Source: Planctomycetia bacterium
GTDB lineage: Bacteria > Planctomycetota > Phycisphaerae > Phycisphaerales > SM1A02
NCBI GenBank assembly: GCA_005789005.1
Contig: SYAD01000141.1
Coordinates: 1 to 56,792, forward strand
Reading direction: 5' to 3'
DNA length: 56,792 bases
The position numbers and the translations under genes were made by a program. The notes below the pieces were generated by a model. The model ran no database searches and was not told the DNA's origin. It saw nothing but the letters and a program-made list of their open reading frames with translations. Shown piece by piece: positions 9,622 through 19,601 of the stretch (position 1 is the first letter of the stretch; each line of letters starts with the position of its first letter).

Positions 9622-11373
9622 ATGAGTGAAACTACAAATCAAGACAACCCACAGGATGAACGAGACCTTCTAGCCGACGCGTTGCTAGCCGCGGGCCACG
9701 GTGTTTGGCATTGGAATTTGCTGGATGGATCAGCCTGGTATTCGGCGGGATTTAGAAAAATGTTGGGATTTACGGATAGCGCGGAATTTCCGGATCGCTT
9801 TGAAGCATTCGCCAGCCGAGTGCATCCGGATGATATTGGCCGCGTGCATCACGCCGTTGCGACACACTTGGATGGCAATGAAAAATTTGATTTGGAATTT
9901 AGAATGCGCACCAAGGATGGAGCCTGGTCTTGGTTTCGCGCGCGCGGGCGCTCCGTTATTGAGGATGGAAATGCAACCAAGATGCTCGGCACACTGACCG
10001 AGTGGCCGCTTTCTAGCGCCCGCGATCAACTCGCGGCTTCGGCCAGCGACAAACTGGCCGCGGCGCTGCACGATCAAAGTCAAAGTTCCCGCGCGCTTGA
10101 AAAAGCCAATCAGGAGTTGCAGCGCGCGCGCGCAATCGCCGAGGCGGCAACCGTGAGCATGAGCCAATTTTTGGCAAACATGAGCCACGAAATTCGCAAT
10201 CCCATGAACGTGATACTTGGGTTTGTGGATCTTCTTACAGAGGAACAAAAAGATTTGGCGGAGCGGAATTCTATTGTGAATACGATCCAACAAAATGGCA
10301 GACTTCTTCATGACCTCATCAATGACATTCTTGATCTGTCCAAAATTGAAGCGGGTGGCATGGGTGTGGAAATTATTTCTTGCGCGCCGCTGAATATTAT
10401 TCAAGATGTTGTTTCGCTCATGCAACCCCAGGCGCTTGATCGTGGTTTGGAATTATTTGTGGAGTTGAAATCACCTATTCCAGAAATCATCGAGACGGAT
10501 CCAAAGTGCCTACGCCAAATCTTGTTGAATTTGATTGGAAATGCGATTAAATTCACCGAGCATGGCGGGGTGAAGGTGTTGGTTGATTTATCAAGGCAAC
10601 CATTGGAAACAAGGGTTGAACCCGATCAAAGCGACGTGACGCCGGCGGCGACTCGAATTCAAATTCAAGTGATGGACACGGGAATTGGAATTGAGGATGC
10701 GCAGCGACCAAAATTATTCCACCGATTTACACAGGCCGATGCATCAACCACGCGGCGCTTTGGTGGGACCGGTCTTGGTCTAACAATTAGTCGGCGACTT
10801 TCGCGCATGTTGGGGGGAGATATTTCCAGCAGCAGCCAAGTTGGTCTTGGAAGCGTATTCACGGTTGAAATTGGAATCGGCAACGCAAGCCTGGATCGGA
10901 TGATTAAAGTCATCCCGCCACAAACGCCCGCGCAACTGAAATCAAAATCCAAGATACAAGTTGTGGATCCGCGGCAAATAGAGCTCAACGCGAAAATCTC
11001 CGTGCTTGTGGCGGAGGATGGCGAGGACAATCAGCGGTTGATTGTTCACCACATTACGCGCGCCGGGATGAAGGTCACTGTGGCCAACAATGGGGGCGAA
11101 GCGGTCGATCTTGCTATCGCCGCGCAAAAACAAGGACGAGCGCACGATGTGATTTTAATGGACATGCAAATGCCAATCATGGATGGCTACGCGGCGACCG
11201 AAAAATTAAGGTCGTTGGGATGGAAGGGCGTGATTATTGCGATCACCGCCCACGCAATGAGTAGCGACCGAGATCGCTGCATGAAGTCTGGTTGCGATGA
11301 GTACCTGACAAAGCCCATCGATAAAGACGCGCTGATTCAAGCCGTGCAAAATCTGGCCCAAATCAAGAGGTGA
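9622..11373 (+). CDS. PAS-domain hybrid sensor histidine kinase / response regulator
   Basis: PAS-like GVWHWNLLDGSAWYS, HisKA H-box FLANMSHEIRNPMN, HATPase N/G boxes (LIGNAIKFTE, DTGIGI, GGTGLGL), C-terminal REC (ILMDMQMPIMDG...KP). ATG 9622 is preceded by AAGGA. Confidence 0.85.
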   Translation: MSETTNQDNPQDERDLLADALLAAGHGVWHWNLLDGSAWYSAGFRKMLGFTDSAEFPDRFEAFASRVHPDDIGRVHHAVATHLDGNEKFDLEFRMRTKDGAWSWFRARGRSVIEDGNATKMLGTLTEWPLSSARDQLAASASDKLAAALHDQSQSSRALEKANQELQRARAIAEAATVSMSQFLANMSHEIRNPMNVILGFVDLLTEEQKDLAERNSIVNTIQQNGRLLHDLINDILDLSKIEAGGMGVEIISCAPLNIIQDVVSLMQPQALDRGLELFVELKSPIPEIIETDPKCLRQILLNLIGNAIKFTEHGGVKVLVDLSRQPLETRVEPDQSDVTPAATRIQIQVMDTGIGIEDAQRPKLFHRFTQADASTTRRFGGTGLGLTISRRLSRMLGGDISSSSQVGLGSVFTVEIGIGNASLDRMIKVIPPQTPAQLKSKSKIQVVDPRQIELNAKISVLVAEDGEDNQRLIVHHITRAGMKVTVANNGGEAVDLAIAAQKQGRAHDVILMDMQMPIMDGYAATEKLRSLGWKGVIIAITAHAMSSDRDRCMKSGCDEYLTKPIDKDALIQAVQNLAQIKR

Positions 11374-11473
11374 GTCGGTGGTTTGCTTGGATTGCCCACA
11401 AATACGCAATTAATCAAATGTGTTTTTGACGCATGGGCGGTGAAGCCGTAACATTCGTGCCCTTGGAAAAAGC

Positions 11474-12283
11474 ATGCGAATAGGCATCATCAGCGACGTA
11501 CATGGAAATCTGGAGGCACTGCAAACAGTGCTGGCGGATATCGACACCAAAGGCGTTGATGGAATTATTTCGTTGGGCGACATTATTGGCTACGGACCCG
11601 ATCCGGTGGCCTGCGTGGATCTGGTGGCCAAGCGTTGCAAGTGGAGTTTGATGGGCAACCATGACTACGCTGTGATGTATGAGCCAACGAATTTCAACAA
11701 GGCCGCCGAGGAAGCGGCATTTTGGACGCGCGAACAATTTGAGGCCGAGGCGAAGCGCGATCGAGATGGAGCCATCAAGCGGTGGGAATTTCTTGGCAAG
11801 CTGAGGGTGCGCGTGGCCATGGGCCCGTTTCTTTGCGTGCACGGTTCGCCGCGGAGGCCGATCAATGAATACATTTTTCCAGAAGACGCGGAAAAAAGTA
11901 AAATGGCCCAAATTTTTGAGCGCGTAGATAAGTTTTGCATGGTGGGGCATACCCATGTTCCCGGCGTGTTCACTGGCGACAATGAATTTTATAAACCACA
12001 TGAGATGAACTTTGTTTATGAATTCAACGATCAGGAAAAAGCCATTATCAATCCAGGATCGGTTGGACAGCCGCGTGATTCAGACAACCGCGCTTCGTAT
12101 GTGATTTTAGATATGAAGGTGGAAAATGTTGTGACCGACGAAAATGTAAAGAAGGAAATAATTACCGCTGAGCGGGCGCACTTCTACAGACTTGACTATC
12201 CAATTCAACCAGTGGTTGACAAAATTCACGCAATTAAAGAACTGTCCGATTGGCTGGGCGATCGATTGCTTGAGGGAAGATAA
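11474..12283 (+). CDS. metallophosphoesterase (YfcE/MJ0936-like)
   Basis: MRIGIISDVHGN, GDIIGYGPDP, GNHD, GHTH motifs. Confidence 0.8.
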   Translation: MRIGIISDVHGNLEALQTVLADIDTKGVDGIISLGDIIGYGPDPVACVDLVAKRCKWSLMGNHDYAVMYEPTNFNKAAEEAAFWTREQFEAEAKRDRDGAIKRWEFLGKLRVRVAMGPFLCVHGSPRRPINEYIFPEDAEKSKMAQIFERVDKFCMVGHTHVPGVFTGDNEFYKPHEMNFVYEFNDQEKAIINPGSVGQPRDSDNRASYVILDMKVENVVTDENVKKEIITAERAHFYRLDYPIQPVVDKIHAIKELSDWLGDRLLEGR

Positions 12284-12287
12284 AACT

Positions 12288-14507
12288 TTGAGCGAGCAGA
12301 AGAAAAAAGCGCGTTGGCCACTCACACTTGCAGCCTTTCTTGCCACGGCGGGCGTGATTGCAGCGGCAATTTGGGGTCCGGGAGCAAAGAAAAATGGCGG
12401 AGTTGATCCGGCGCTTCCACAAACGGCAGCCAGCGCGGTTGCGCCGACGTCGAATGCGGCGGCAACAGCGACGACAACCGCGGCGATGCCAGCGACAGCC
12501 AACACGGCGGCGCCCGTGGCTGCGGCGAACACAACAAGCGCCACGCCAAACACGCAAGCACCAACTCAAATCACAACCCAAAAATTCACCGCGCAATTGC
12601 CCGCGGGAACAAGCCCGCCCAAGGCGCCAGCCGCGCTGGGATCGCTTGATCCAAGCAAGTTCAAATTTCAAATTCAATTTTCAACAATCAGCGCGGGATT
12701 TTCGCGCATCATCTTCAGCGATTTTTGGAACAACGCCGCTGCGGCGCAGGAGTCGCGTCAAATTCAAAAAGCGCAGGCTCGTAAAGAAACCAGCTCGGCA
12801 ACAATGCCGGATGATTCACAGCGCTATGAATTGCAGACCGTGCAAACACTCGAGGGCTATGAAGTTCCCTTGCTCAGCGCGCGCGCGATCGAAATAGATG
12901 GAAGCCCCGCGAGTTTGTATGGCGCGGTGTGGGCGGAACGATCTCCCGGCGTGTTTGAAACTGAAGTGGTGGGCGATAACGGCGCCACCGTGTTGCGCGT
13001 GACTCGTCAATTCACCTTGGCGGAAAATTCATACGACTTAAGCCTGCGGCAAATCGTGCAAAATGTATCGCCTGACGCGCACACCGTGCGTTGGATTCAA
13101 TATGGTCCGGGCGATCTTTCAATTGATCAAAGCGGCATGATGGATATTCGCCGCTTCCAGTTTGGCTATCTGTACAACGTGCAACGCGATCCAAGCCGCT
13201 CCAATGTTGTGGTGCATGGAGCCATGTTTGAACGCTCCGATGCGTTGAAAAAAATCACCTCGGGTACGCCGCAACTTTGGCCGCAACCAGATCAAAAGTC
13301 GCAGGGATTTGAGTTGAGTTGGTACGGCACAACAAATCGCTATTTCGCCTTGGCGGTGCACGCGCCATTTTCTCCACCTAAAGATTCCTCAAAAATCATG
13401 AGCGCGGTGGAGGGGGTTTTTGTAAAAGCGGATGCTGGTGATGCGACCACGCAAACAATCGTATGTGAACTTCGCAGCGCGCAAACACAAATCGCCGCTG
13501 GAGCGACCACCAATTTTGACATGGGCGTGTATGCCGGTCCACTGAATCCCAAAGTGCTTGCGGTTGTTGAGCCATATCAAGCCTTGCGCATGGATGGTCT
13601 GATTGAATATCTCATGGGTGGTTGCTGCAGTTTCTGCACCTTTAGTTGGTTGGCGGATTTCATCGTGATCATGCTCACTTTCCTGCATGATTATGTTGTG
13701 TTTGATTGGGCCATTGCCATCATGGTGTTGGTCATGGTGGTGCGATTTTTCTTGCACCCCGTCACCAAGCGCAGTCAGATTTCAATGACCAAGGTCACGC
13801 GCGGAATGTCTTCCATCAAGCCAGAACTTGAGGCGTTGCAGAAGCGCTACCCAGGGGACACCAAGAAATTACAGGCCGAGCAAATGCGTTTGTACCGCGA
13901 GAAGGGCATTAACCCAGTGGGTTGCGTGGGCGGAATGTTGCCAACATTCTTGCAGACACCAATTTGGATCGCGTTGTATGCGGTGTTGTATTTCGCGTTC
14001 GCATTGCGTCAACAGCCGGCGTTCTTTGGGGTGTTTCAACAATTCGGCGGCTGGGAATTTTTGGGCGATCTCAGCGCGGCGGATCATTTCATTCGCTTCC
14101 CCGCGCCGCTGATTAAATGGCCGTTTGAGTTTGCGTCCATCAATCTCATTCCAATTCTTATGGGCGGACTTTTCTTCCTGCAACAGAAATACATGACGCC
14201 GCCGCCAAACGCGTCCATGACGCCTGAGCAATTGCAGCAACAGAAGATAATGAAGTGGATGACGGTGGTGTTGTTTCCGGTGATGCTTTACAACGCGCCA
14301 AGCGGACTCACGCTGTACATCATGACCAGCACCACAATTGGAATTTTTGAGGGCAAGCGCATTCGCGCGCAAATGGACAAGATGGATTTCACGCCCAAGC
14401 CACGCGACCCCGCCAAGCAGGATCGCATTGGACGCTTCTATGAGAAGGCCATGGAGCGCGCGCGCAGCAAGCGTGCTCCGCAAAATAAATTCAAGGATCG
14501 CAACTAA
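12288..14507 (+). CDS. yidC: membrane protein insertase YidC (long periplasmic domain type)
   Basis: C-terminal YidC/Oxa1 core (QAEQMRLYREKGINPVGCVGGMLPTFLQTPIWIALY). An in-frame TTG at 12288 lies just after the stop of the upstream gene and immediately before the first TM helix. The track start at 12192 overlaps the phosphoesterase gene by 92 nt. Confidence 0.85.
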   Translation: MSEQKKKARWPLTLAAFLATAGVIAAAIWGPGAKKNGGVDPALPQTAASAVAPTSNAAATATTTAAMPATANTAAPVAAANTTSATPNTQAPTQITTQKFTAQLPAGTSPPKAPAALGSLDPSKFKFQIQFSTISAGFSRIIFSDFWNNAAAAQESRQIQKAQARKETSSATMPDDSQRYELQTVQTLEGYEVPLLSARAIEIDGSPASLYGAVWAERSPGVFETEVVGDNGATVLRVTRQFTLAENSYDLSLRQIVQNVSPDAHTVRWIQYGPGDLSIDQSGMMDIRRFQFGYLYNVQRDPSRSNVVVHGAMFERSDALKKITSGTPQLWPQPDQKSQGFELSWYGTTNRYFALAVHAPFSPPKDSSKIMSAVEGVFVKADAGDATTQTIVCELRSAQTQIAAGATTNFDMGVYAGPLNPKVLAVVEPYQALRMDGLIEYLMGGCCSFCTFSWLADFIVIMLTFLHDYVVFDWAIAIMVLVMVVRFFLHPVTKRSQISMTKVTRGMSSIKPELEALQKRYPGDTKKLQAEQMRLYREKGINPVGCVGGMLPTFLQTPIWIALYAVLYFAFALRQQPAFFGVFQQFGGWEFLGDLSAADHFIRFPAPLIKWPFEFASINLIPILMGGLFFLQQKYMTPPPNASMTPEQLQQQKIMKWMTVVLFPVMLYNAPSGLTLYIMTSTTIGIFEGKRIRAQMDKMDFTPKPRDPAKQDRIGRFYEKAMERARSKRAPQNKFKDRN

Positions 14508-14586
14508 ATTGGTGGCATGCGCCAAGAATGCGCGCGGGTAAATCCTGTGTCGAGTTGATGCAAGTTGACCCAGAGAGTTGGCTTTC

Positions 14587-16125
14587 ATGAAAAATGAAAT
14601 ATCACCGCAAGGCACGCACACAGAACAATGGCAGCTTGATGATGTCATTGTGGCCGCCTCGTCGCCACCAGGAAGATCCACGCGCGCGGTGATTCGTGTT
14701 TCTGGAATCGGTGCGCTGAAAATTTTAAGCAAGATTGAGCGGCTTTTGACGGTGCGCGACCGTGGAATATTTACAACCCGCTTGTTTTTTACATTTGGTG
14801 AATTGCCGGCGTTTGTTGTGGTTATGCCTGGACCCAATTCCTACACGGGCGAGGATTCGTTTGAACTTCTTGTTCCAGGAAATCAAGACCTTGTAGAAAT
14901 GATCGTGGCCGCGATCGAGTTGGTCGACAAGCGTGTTCGTCGCGCCGGTCCCGGTGAATATTCATTGCGCGCGTTTTTAAGTGGGCGATTAACGCTTGAA
15001 CAAGTGGAGGGCGTGGCCGCGACTATTTCCGCGCGCACCGACGCCGAACTTCGCGCCGCGGAATATTTACGCAAAGGCACGCTTGGACAAATTGCCACAC
15101 GAATGTTGGAGGCCCTGGTCGACATGTTGGCGTTGGTGGAGGCCGGAATTGATTTCACCGATCAAGAGGATGTTGTGGCAATCTCACCAGATATTTTGTG
15201 CGCTGGTTTAAGCGCGGCTCTGAAAGAGATTGACAGTATTTTAAATCACAGCGTTCCAATGGAGCAACTTGAAGCTGCGCCATGGGTGGTGCTTGCGGGA
15301 AATCCAAACGCTGGAAAGAGCGCGCTGATGAACGCGTTGTTAAAGCAGGACCGCGCCGTTGTGACCAATCAAGCTGGCACAACGCGTGACGCGTTGGTGG
15401 AGCCATGGATCGTTCCGGTGGCCGGCGGAAACCTTGAGGTTTTACTGGTTGATTCGCCAGGGGCGGAAACGAATAGTGAAATAAACGACACGGCTTCTCC
15501 ACCATCCGAAGAATTACGTGGCGCCAGATTTGGCGCAGATGAAATTTCTTTGCTGCAACAACTCGGTCAAGAGGCGCGCCTGAAAGCCATCAAATACGCC
15601 ACGTTGATACTTCATTGCCACGCGGCGGACGCAGGTTTACCACCAACCGTGGCTGCGAATGAAATTCTTGTGTTGACCAAATGGGATTTGTTCAAGGCGG
15701 ATCAGGCTGGTGGCAAAGAAATCTTGTTGGACAAGAGCGTTGGTTTAAACACGGCAAATCAATCCAACACCATGAACTTCACTGGCGGTGTACATACGGT
15801 TCGCACCAGCGCCCAAAATAAAGTTGGCTTGGATGAACTTGCCTACGCGGTTGGCGCGGCCCTTACCACCATTGGAATTTCAAGGGCTGGAGAAGGCGTG
15901 GCGCTTGCGCTAAGGCATCGAGCGTTATTGGCGGCGTGCGAAAATGATGTAAGGCAAGCTTTATCCGCCGCTGTTTGCGACAGTGGTCGCAGGCATCTTT
16001 CAACTCCGGAACTTGTGGCCAGCGCCATGCACAGCGCAGTTGAAAATCTTGGCGGCATCGCGGGCCGCATGACTCCCGACGACATTCTTGGGCGTATCTT
16101 TTCCAGATTTTGCGTGGGCAAGTAA
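14587..16125 (+). CDS. mnmE: tRNA modification GTPase MnmE
   Basis: G-domain GNPNAGKSALMN, TTRD, DSPG, TKWD, and the diagnostic C-terminal FCVGK motif. Confidence 0.9.
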   Translation: MKNEISPQGTHTEQWQLDDVIVAASSPPGRSTRAVIRVSGIGALKILSKIERLLTVRDRGIFTTRLFFTFGELPAFVVVMPGPNSYTGEDSFELLVPGNQDLVEMIVAAIELVDKRVRRAGPGEYSLRAFLSGRLTLEQVEGVAATISARTDAELRAAEYLRKGTLGQIATRMLEALVDMLALVEAGIDFTDQEDVVAISPDILCAGLSAALKEIDSILNHSVPMEQLEAAPWVVLAGNPNAGKSALMNALLKQDRAVVTNQAGTTRDALVEPWIVPVAGGNLEVLLVDSPGAETNSEINDTASPPSEELRGARFGADEISLLQQLGQEARLKAIKYATLILHCHAADAGLPPTVAANEILVLTKWDLFKADQAGGKEILLDKSVGLNTANQSNTMNFTGGVHTVRTSAQNKVGLDELAYAVGAALTTIGISRAGEGVALALRHRALLAACENDVRQALSAAVCDSGRRHLSTPELVASAMHSAVENLGGIAGRMTPDDILGRIFSRFCVGK

Positions 16126-16214
16126 AAACAAACCTTCAGCCTCGTGACCCACACATTGCTGGGTGCAATTCAAATTGCTAATCAAATATCGCGCACAATC
16201 GCTACCTTGCCCAC

Positions 16215-16598
16215 ATGAAAGGCTCCCTGACTGTGCGTGTGCGATATTGCGAATGCGACCCGATGGGCGTGGTGCATCACACTGTGTATCCAGTTTGGTT
16301 TGAAATGGGTCGCACGGAATTATTGCGCTCAACTGGAAAGACCTACCGTGAAATGGAAGAGGCCGGCGCGTTCTTGGCCATTGTTCGCTTGCAGGTGAGT
16401 TATAAAAAGCCCGCCAAATATGACGATGAGGTGCGCTTGGAAACCACCATGACCGATGTTGGTCAAGTGAAGATTGAACACACCTATGAATTGTTTCGTG
16501 GCGATGAATTGTTGTGCAGCGCGTCCACCACGCTTGCTTGCATTGACCGAGAGGGCAAGGCGCGGCAGATTCCCGCGAATTTATTTAGGGCGCCGTAA
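16215..16598 (+). CDS. acyl-CoA thioesterase, 4HBT/YbgC family
   Basis: VRVRYCECDPMGVVHHTVYPVWFE hot-dog fold signature, ~127 aa. Confidence 0.8.
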   Translation: MKGSLTVRVRYCECDPMGVVHHTVYPVWFEMGRTELLRSTGKTYREMEEAGAFLAIVRLQVSYKKPAKYDDEVRLETTMTDVGQVKIEHTYELFRGDELLCSASTTLACIDREGKARQIPANLFRAP

Positions 16599-16600
16599 CA

Positions 16601-16966
16601 CTAACCGCGCGATTGAGAGTCGTCTTGAAACTTTCCAAGCCGCGTGCGAATGCGCAATAATCCCTGCACCACATTTTTTAAATCGTTCTCCAGGCCGCCG
16701 CGCAATGCGCGATCCACTTCAAACGCCGCCGCGGAGCTTTCCACCAACAACGTCAACGTTCCAGCGCGCATGGATTCAACCGATGCCACTTTTTGCAACG
16801 CCAACGGCGCAAGCTGCATCCACGCGTCGCTTGCGGCGCCGATGGATTTTTCCGTTCGCACAAATTGCTTGGCAAATATTGAAACATCTTTATTGATGGA
16901 TCGATCAGGCTCCCGCCAAGCGCGCCAGCCGCTTAGTTTCTGAAGTCGATGTTCAAGGGGATCCAT
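16601..16966 (-). CDS. DUF721 (DciA-like) protein
   Basis: Size and pattern W..L.P..L...A.V.S...GTLTLLVESSAAAFEVDR match the DUF721 consensus as I remember it. Confidence 0.55.
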   Translation of the reverse strand: MDPLEHRLQKLSGWRAWREPDRSINKDVSIFAKQFVRTEKSIGAASDAWMQLAPLALQKVASVESMRAGTLTLLVESSAAAFEVDRALRGGLENDLKNVVQGLLRIRTRLGKFQDDSQSRG

Positions 16967-17028
16967 AAACTTATGGTAGCGCCCACGCTTGATAGATTGA
17001 AATACGCGTCAACCCACGTGAGTATCCT

Positions 17029-18087
17029 GTGGACACCGTGCTTCCAATTCGTCTGGAAAAATTGCGTTGCGAGTTTGGATCAACCGTTGCGGTGGATTCT
17101 GTCGACCTGCAGATACCCGCGGGCGCGCTGTATTTCATGTTGGGACCATCTGGTTGCGGCAAGACCACATTGTTGCGCATGATCGCCGGCTTTCAAGAAC
17201 CCACCGGCGGAAAGATTTTCTTTGGCGATCGCGATGTCACCAACACGCCGGCTGAAAAGCGAAATACCGGAATGGTTTTTCAAAGCTACGCGCTGTGGCC
17301 ACACCTAAGCGTGTTTGACAATGTCGCCTTTGGACTTCAGGTGCGCGGTGTTTCCGCGGCCGAGCAGAAAAAACGCGTTGGCGCCGCGCTTGAAATGGTG
17401 CGCATGGGAAATTTGGCGCAGCGAAAACCAAACCAACTTTCCGGTGGTCAACAGCAACGCGTTGCTTTGGCGCGCGCCATTGTGTTCAATCCGGAAGTGT
17501 TGTTGTTGGATGAGCCACTTTCAAATCTGGACGCCAAGTTGCGCCTGGAAATGCGCGGAGAAATTAAGCGAATTTGCTCTGAAATTCACATGACCACCGT
17601 GTATGTCACCCACGATCAGAAAGAGGCGCTCAGCCTTGCCGATGGTTTGTTGGTGCTTCGTGACGGACACATTGAGCAGGCGGGAACGCCAAAGAGCGTC
17701 TATCAACAACCACGCAATTCATTTGTGGCGGAGTTCATGGGTGAGACCAATTTTATAGCCGGCACCGTGAAAAGCAGCGACGCCACAAGTTGTGAAATAG
17801 AAACCGCGGCAGGAATATTGCATAGCAATTGTGGCGCCGCCGGCATCGGATCAAAAGTCACGCTGAGCATTCGTCCAGAGTCGTTTCGAATTGACGACGG
17901 TCCCAATTGCATTCGCGGAGTTTGCAAGAGCAGCCTATATTTGGGCGAGATGTCGCAACACCAAATTGATACGCCGGTTGGCGTTTTGAAAGTGTTTGAA
18001 CTTGATCCACGCGAGACCACGCGCGTTGGACAGCAGTTGTCGTTGCGCGCGCAACCCGACGCCGTGGTTGTGCTTGCAGAGAAATAA
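17029..18087 (+). CDS. ABC transporter ATP-binding protein (PotA/MalK/CysA-type importer ATPase with C-terminal TOBE-like domain)
   Basis: Walker A GPSGCGKTT, Q-loop, signature LSGGQQQRVALARA, Walker B LLLDEP, H-loop THDQ. No permease or binding-protein gene is adjacent. Confidence 0.85.
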   Translation: MDTVLPIRLEKLRCEFGSTVAVDSVDLQIPAGALYFMLGPSGCGKTTLLRMIAGFQEPTGGKIFFGDRDVTNTPAEKRNTGMVFQSYALWPHLSVFDNVAFGLQVRGVSAAEQKKRVGAALEMVRMGNLAQRKPNQLSGGQQQRVALARAIVFNPEVLLLDEPLSNLDAKLRLEMRGEIKRICSEIHMTTVYVTHDQKEALSLADGLLVLRDGHIEQAGTPKSVYQQPRNSFVAEFMGETNFIAGTVKSSDATSCEIETAAGILHSNCGAAGIGSKVTLSIRPESFRIDDGPNCIRGVCKSSLYLGEMSQHQIDTPVGVLKVFELDPRETTRVGQQLSLRAQPDAVVVLAEK

Positions 18088-18088
18088 A

Positions 18089-18877
18089 ATGACCCAGATG
18101 GAAGTGAACAACGTTCCCGTAGAGTTGAAGCCGCAAGAAAGGCAAGTGTTCGCGCAGTTGCTGAATTCAATGTTGCCCGCGATGGTGGGTGGTAAAAAAA
18201 TTATTGAATTGCTGTGCAGCGTCATTGCCGAGGGAGGCAAGCGTGGAATTGAGACCACAAATCCCACATATCAAGCGGCGCTGTGGGCCATGTATCAAAT
18301 TGGCGTGCGCGGCGTTCGATTGAATCAAGAAACCAATGCGGCCGATTTAAAAACAGAAAAGTCCACGGAGTTCGATAATCAATCGTTCGAGTCGCATTTC
18401 ACACTTGGCAATATTGCAACGGGTCGCGCCATGGTTGCCGCCATGTTGTTGTTCACCAATCGATCCGTGCGCATAAACAATGTGATGCAACCGGTGGTGC
18501 CCCAAACCATCGAAGTGATGAAGCCAATCAATGAAGCGGTTATGAAATCACGCCTGACAGGCGAGGAAATTCAAGTCACCGCGGCGCGCTATTACATGAA
18601 GATGATCGAGGAGGGACACGCCATGGATTCCACGCAGGTTCGTGGCGCGCTTCAGGTTCTGGCGGATCTTTCCGTGGCCGCATTTTCTTACAGTGTTGAA
18701 AATAAAACCTTCAGCATAGAGGGCTTTAACGAAGCCAACGCCTGCGCCCTTGCCTACTTGCAAGGAATGGATGTCGATCAAATTGTGCAAATGCGTTTAC
18801 GTGCCGCCAACGCAAACGCGCGGATGCGCGGAGCGCCCGCGCCACAAGTTGCCGCGGCGCGCAGACGGCGTTCTTAA
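18089..18877 (+). CDS. hypothetical protein
   Basis: The ATG lies 1 nt after the ABC ATPase stop. 262 aa, no TM helices or motifs I recognise, Arg-rich C-terminus. Confidence 0.5.
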   Translation: MTQMEVNNVPVELKPQERQVFAQLLNSMLPAMVGGKKIIELLCSVIAEGGKRGIETTNPTYQAALWAMYQIGVRGVRLNQETNAADLKTEKSTEFDNQSFESHFTLGNIATGRAMVAAMLLFTNRSVRINNVMQPVVPQTIEVMKPINEAVMKSRLTGEEIQVTAARYYMKMIEEGHAMDSTQVRGALQVLADLSVAAFSYSVENKTFSIEGFNEANACALAYLQGMDVDQIVQMRLRAANANARMRGAPAPQVAAARRRRS

Positions 18878-18933
18878 ATTTATTTTTGCATGCAAAAGTA
18901 GGCTTGGGGCTTTAGCGCGCGTATGAAATAAAA

Positions 18934-19599
18934 TTATTTACGCGGCGCGCAAGTTACGTTGTTGGTGCACCACTCTTGCAAGCCACCAGTTAATTGCAAG
19001 AACACCTCGTCGGGCGATCGACCAGCGTCCACCACAAAAAATTCCTTGGGGTTCTGCTGCGCTTGGCGCAAATATCCTTGGCGAACACGCGCGTGGAATT
19101 CAACGCCTTTGCCCTCCATTCGGTCCATAAGCGGATTCAGCCGACTCATGGCAATGGCGGTGTCCACATCAAACAACACATTTAGATTAGGCCAACGACC
19201 ACCAATGGCAACCTCGGCAACGGCGCGGATTTCGTGCGGCGGCAAGCCACCCGCGGTGCCTTGGTACGCCAACGTGCTTGCGACAAATCGATCGCTTAGA
19301 ACAAATGTTCCATCGCGCAACGCCGGCTCAATGCGCTCCTTCACAAGTTGCGCTCGGCTGGCCATGTACAAAAGCATTTCGCAGCGCACATCCATTTCGC
19401 CGTGACTTGGATCAAGCAGAATGTTTCGCACGCGTTCGCCAATCGCTGTTCCGCCAGGCTCGCGCACGGTGAGCATTTTTAAATTTTTGTCTTTGCAAAA
19501 TTTTTCCAGGCGCGCAATCTGTGTGGACTTTCCGCTGCCATCAGGACCCTCAAAGGCCATGAATTTTCCGCGCAGATTGTTCCACCAACTGTCGGCCAT
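18934..19599 (-). CDS. tmk: thymidylate kinase
   Basis: FMAFEGPDGSGKSTQ P-loop, DRF motif. Start is ATG 19599, or GTG 19605 which forms a GTGA overlap with the yggS stop. Confidence 0.85.
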   Translation of the reverse strand: MADSWWNNLRGKFMAFEGPDGSGKSTQIARLEKFCKDKNLKMLTVREPGGTAIGERVRNILLDPSHGEMDVRCEMLLYMASRAQLVKERIEPALRDGTFVLSDRFVASTLAYQGTAGGLPPHEIRAVAEVAIGGRWPNLNVLFDVDTAIAMSRLNPLMDRMEGKGVEFHARVRQGYLRQAQQNPKEFFVVDAGRSPDEVFLQLTGGLQEWCTNNVTCAPRK

Positions 19600-19601
19600 G
19601 A

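Noticed and set aside
12192-12287. Track start of yidC at TTG 12192, overlapping the metallophosphoesterase gene by 92 nt
   Set aside because: The N-terminal 32 codons lie entirely inside the upstream gene. An in-frame TTG at 12288 follows its stop codon and precedes the first basic/TM segment.
13869-14837. 322-aa minus-strand ORF spanning the yidC 3' end, the intergenic gap and the mnmE 5' end
   Set aside because: It is antisense to two well-supported genes, crosses their intergenic region, and has low-complexity Arg/His/Leu composition.
18884-18897. 14-nt perfect palindrome TTTTGCATGCAAAA between the convergent genes 18089-18877 and tmk
   Set aside because: It has no loop, so it cannot form a stable terminator hairpin. 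It is a single occurrence and may be chance in an AT-rich spacer.
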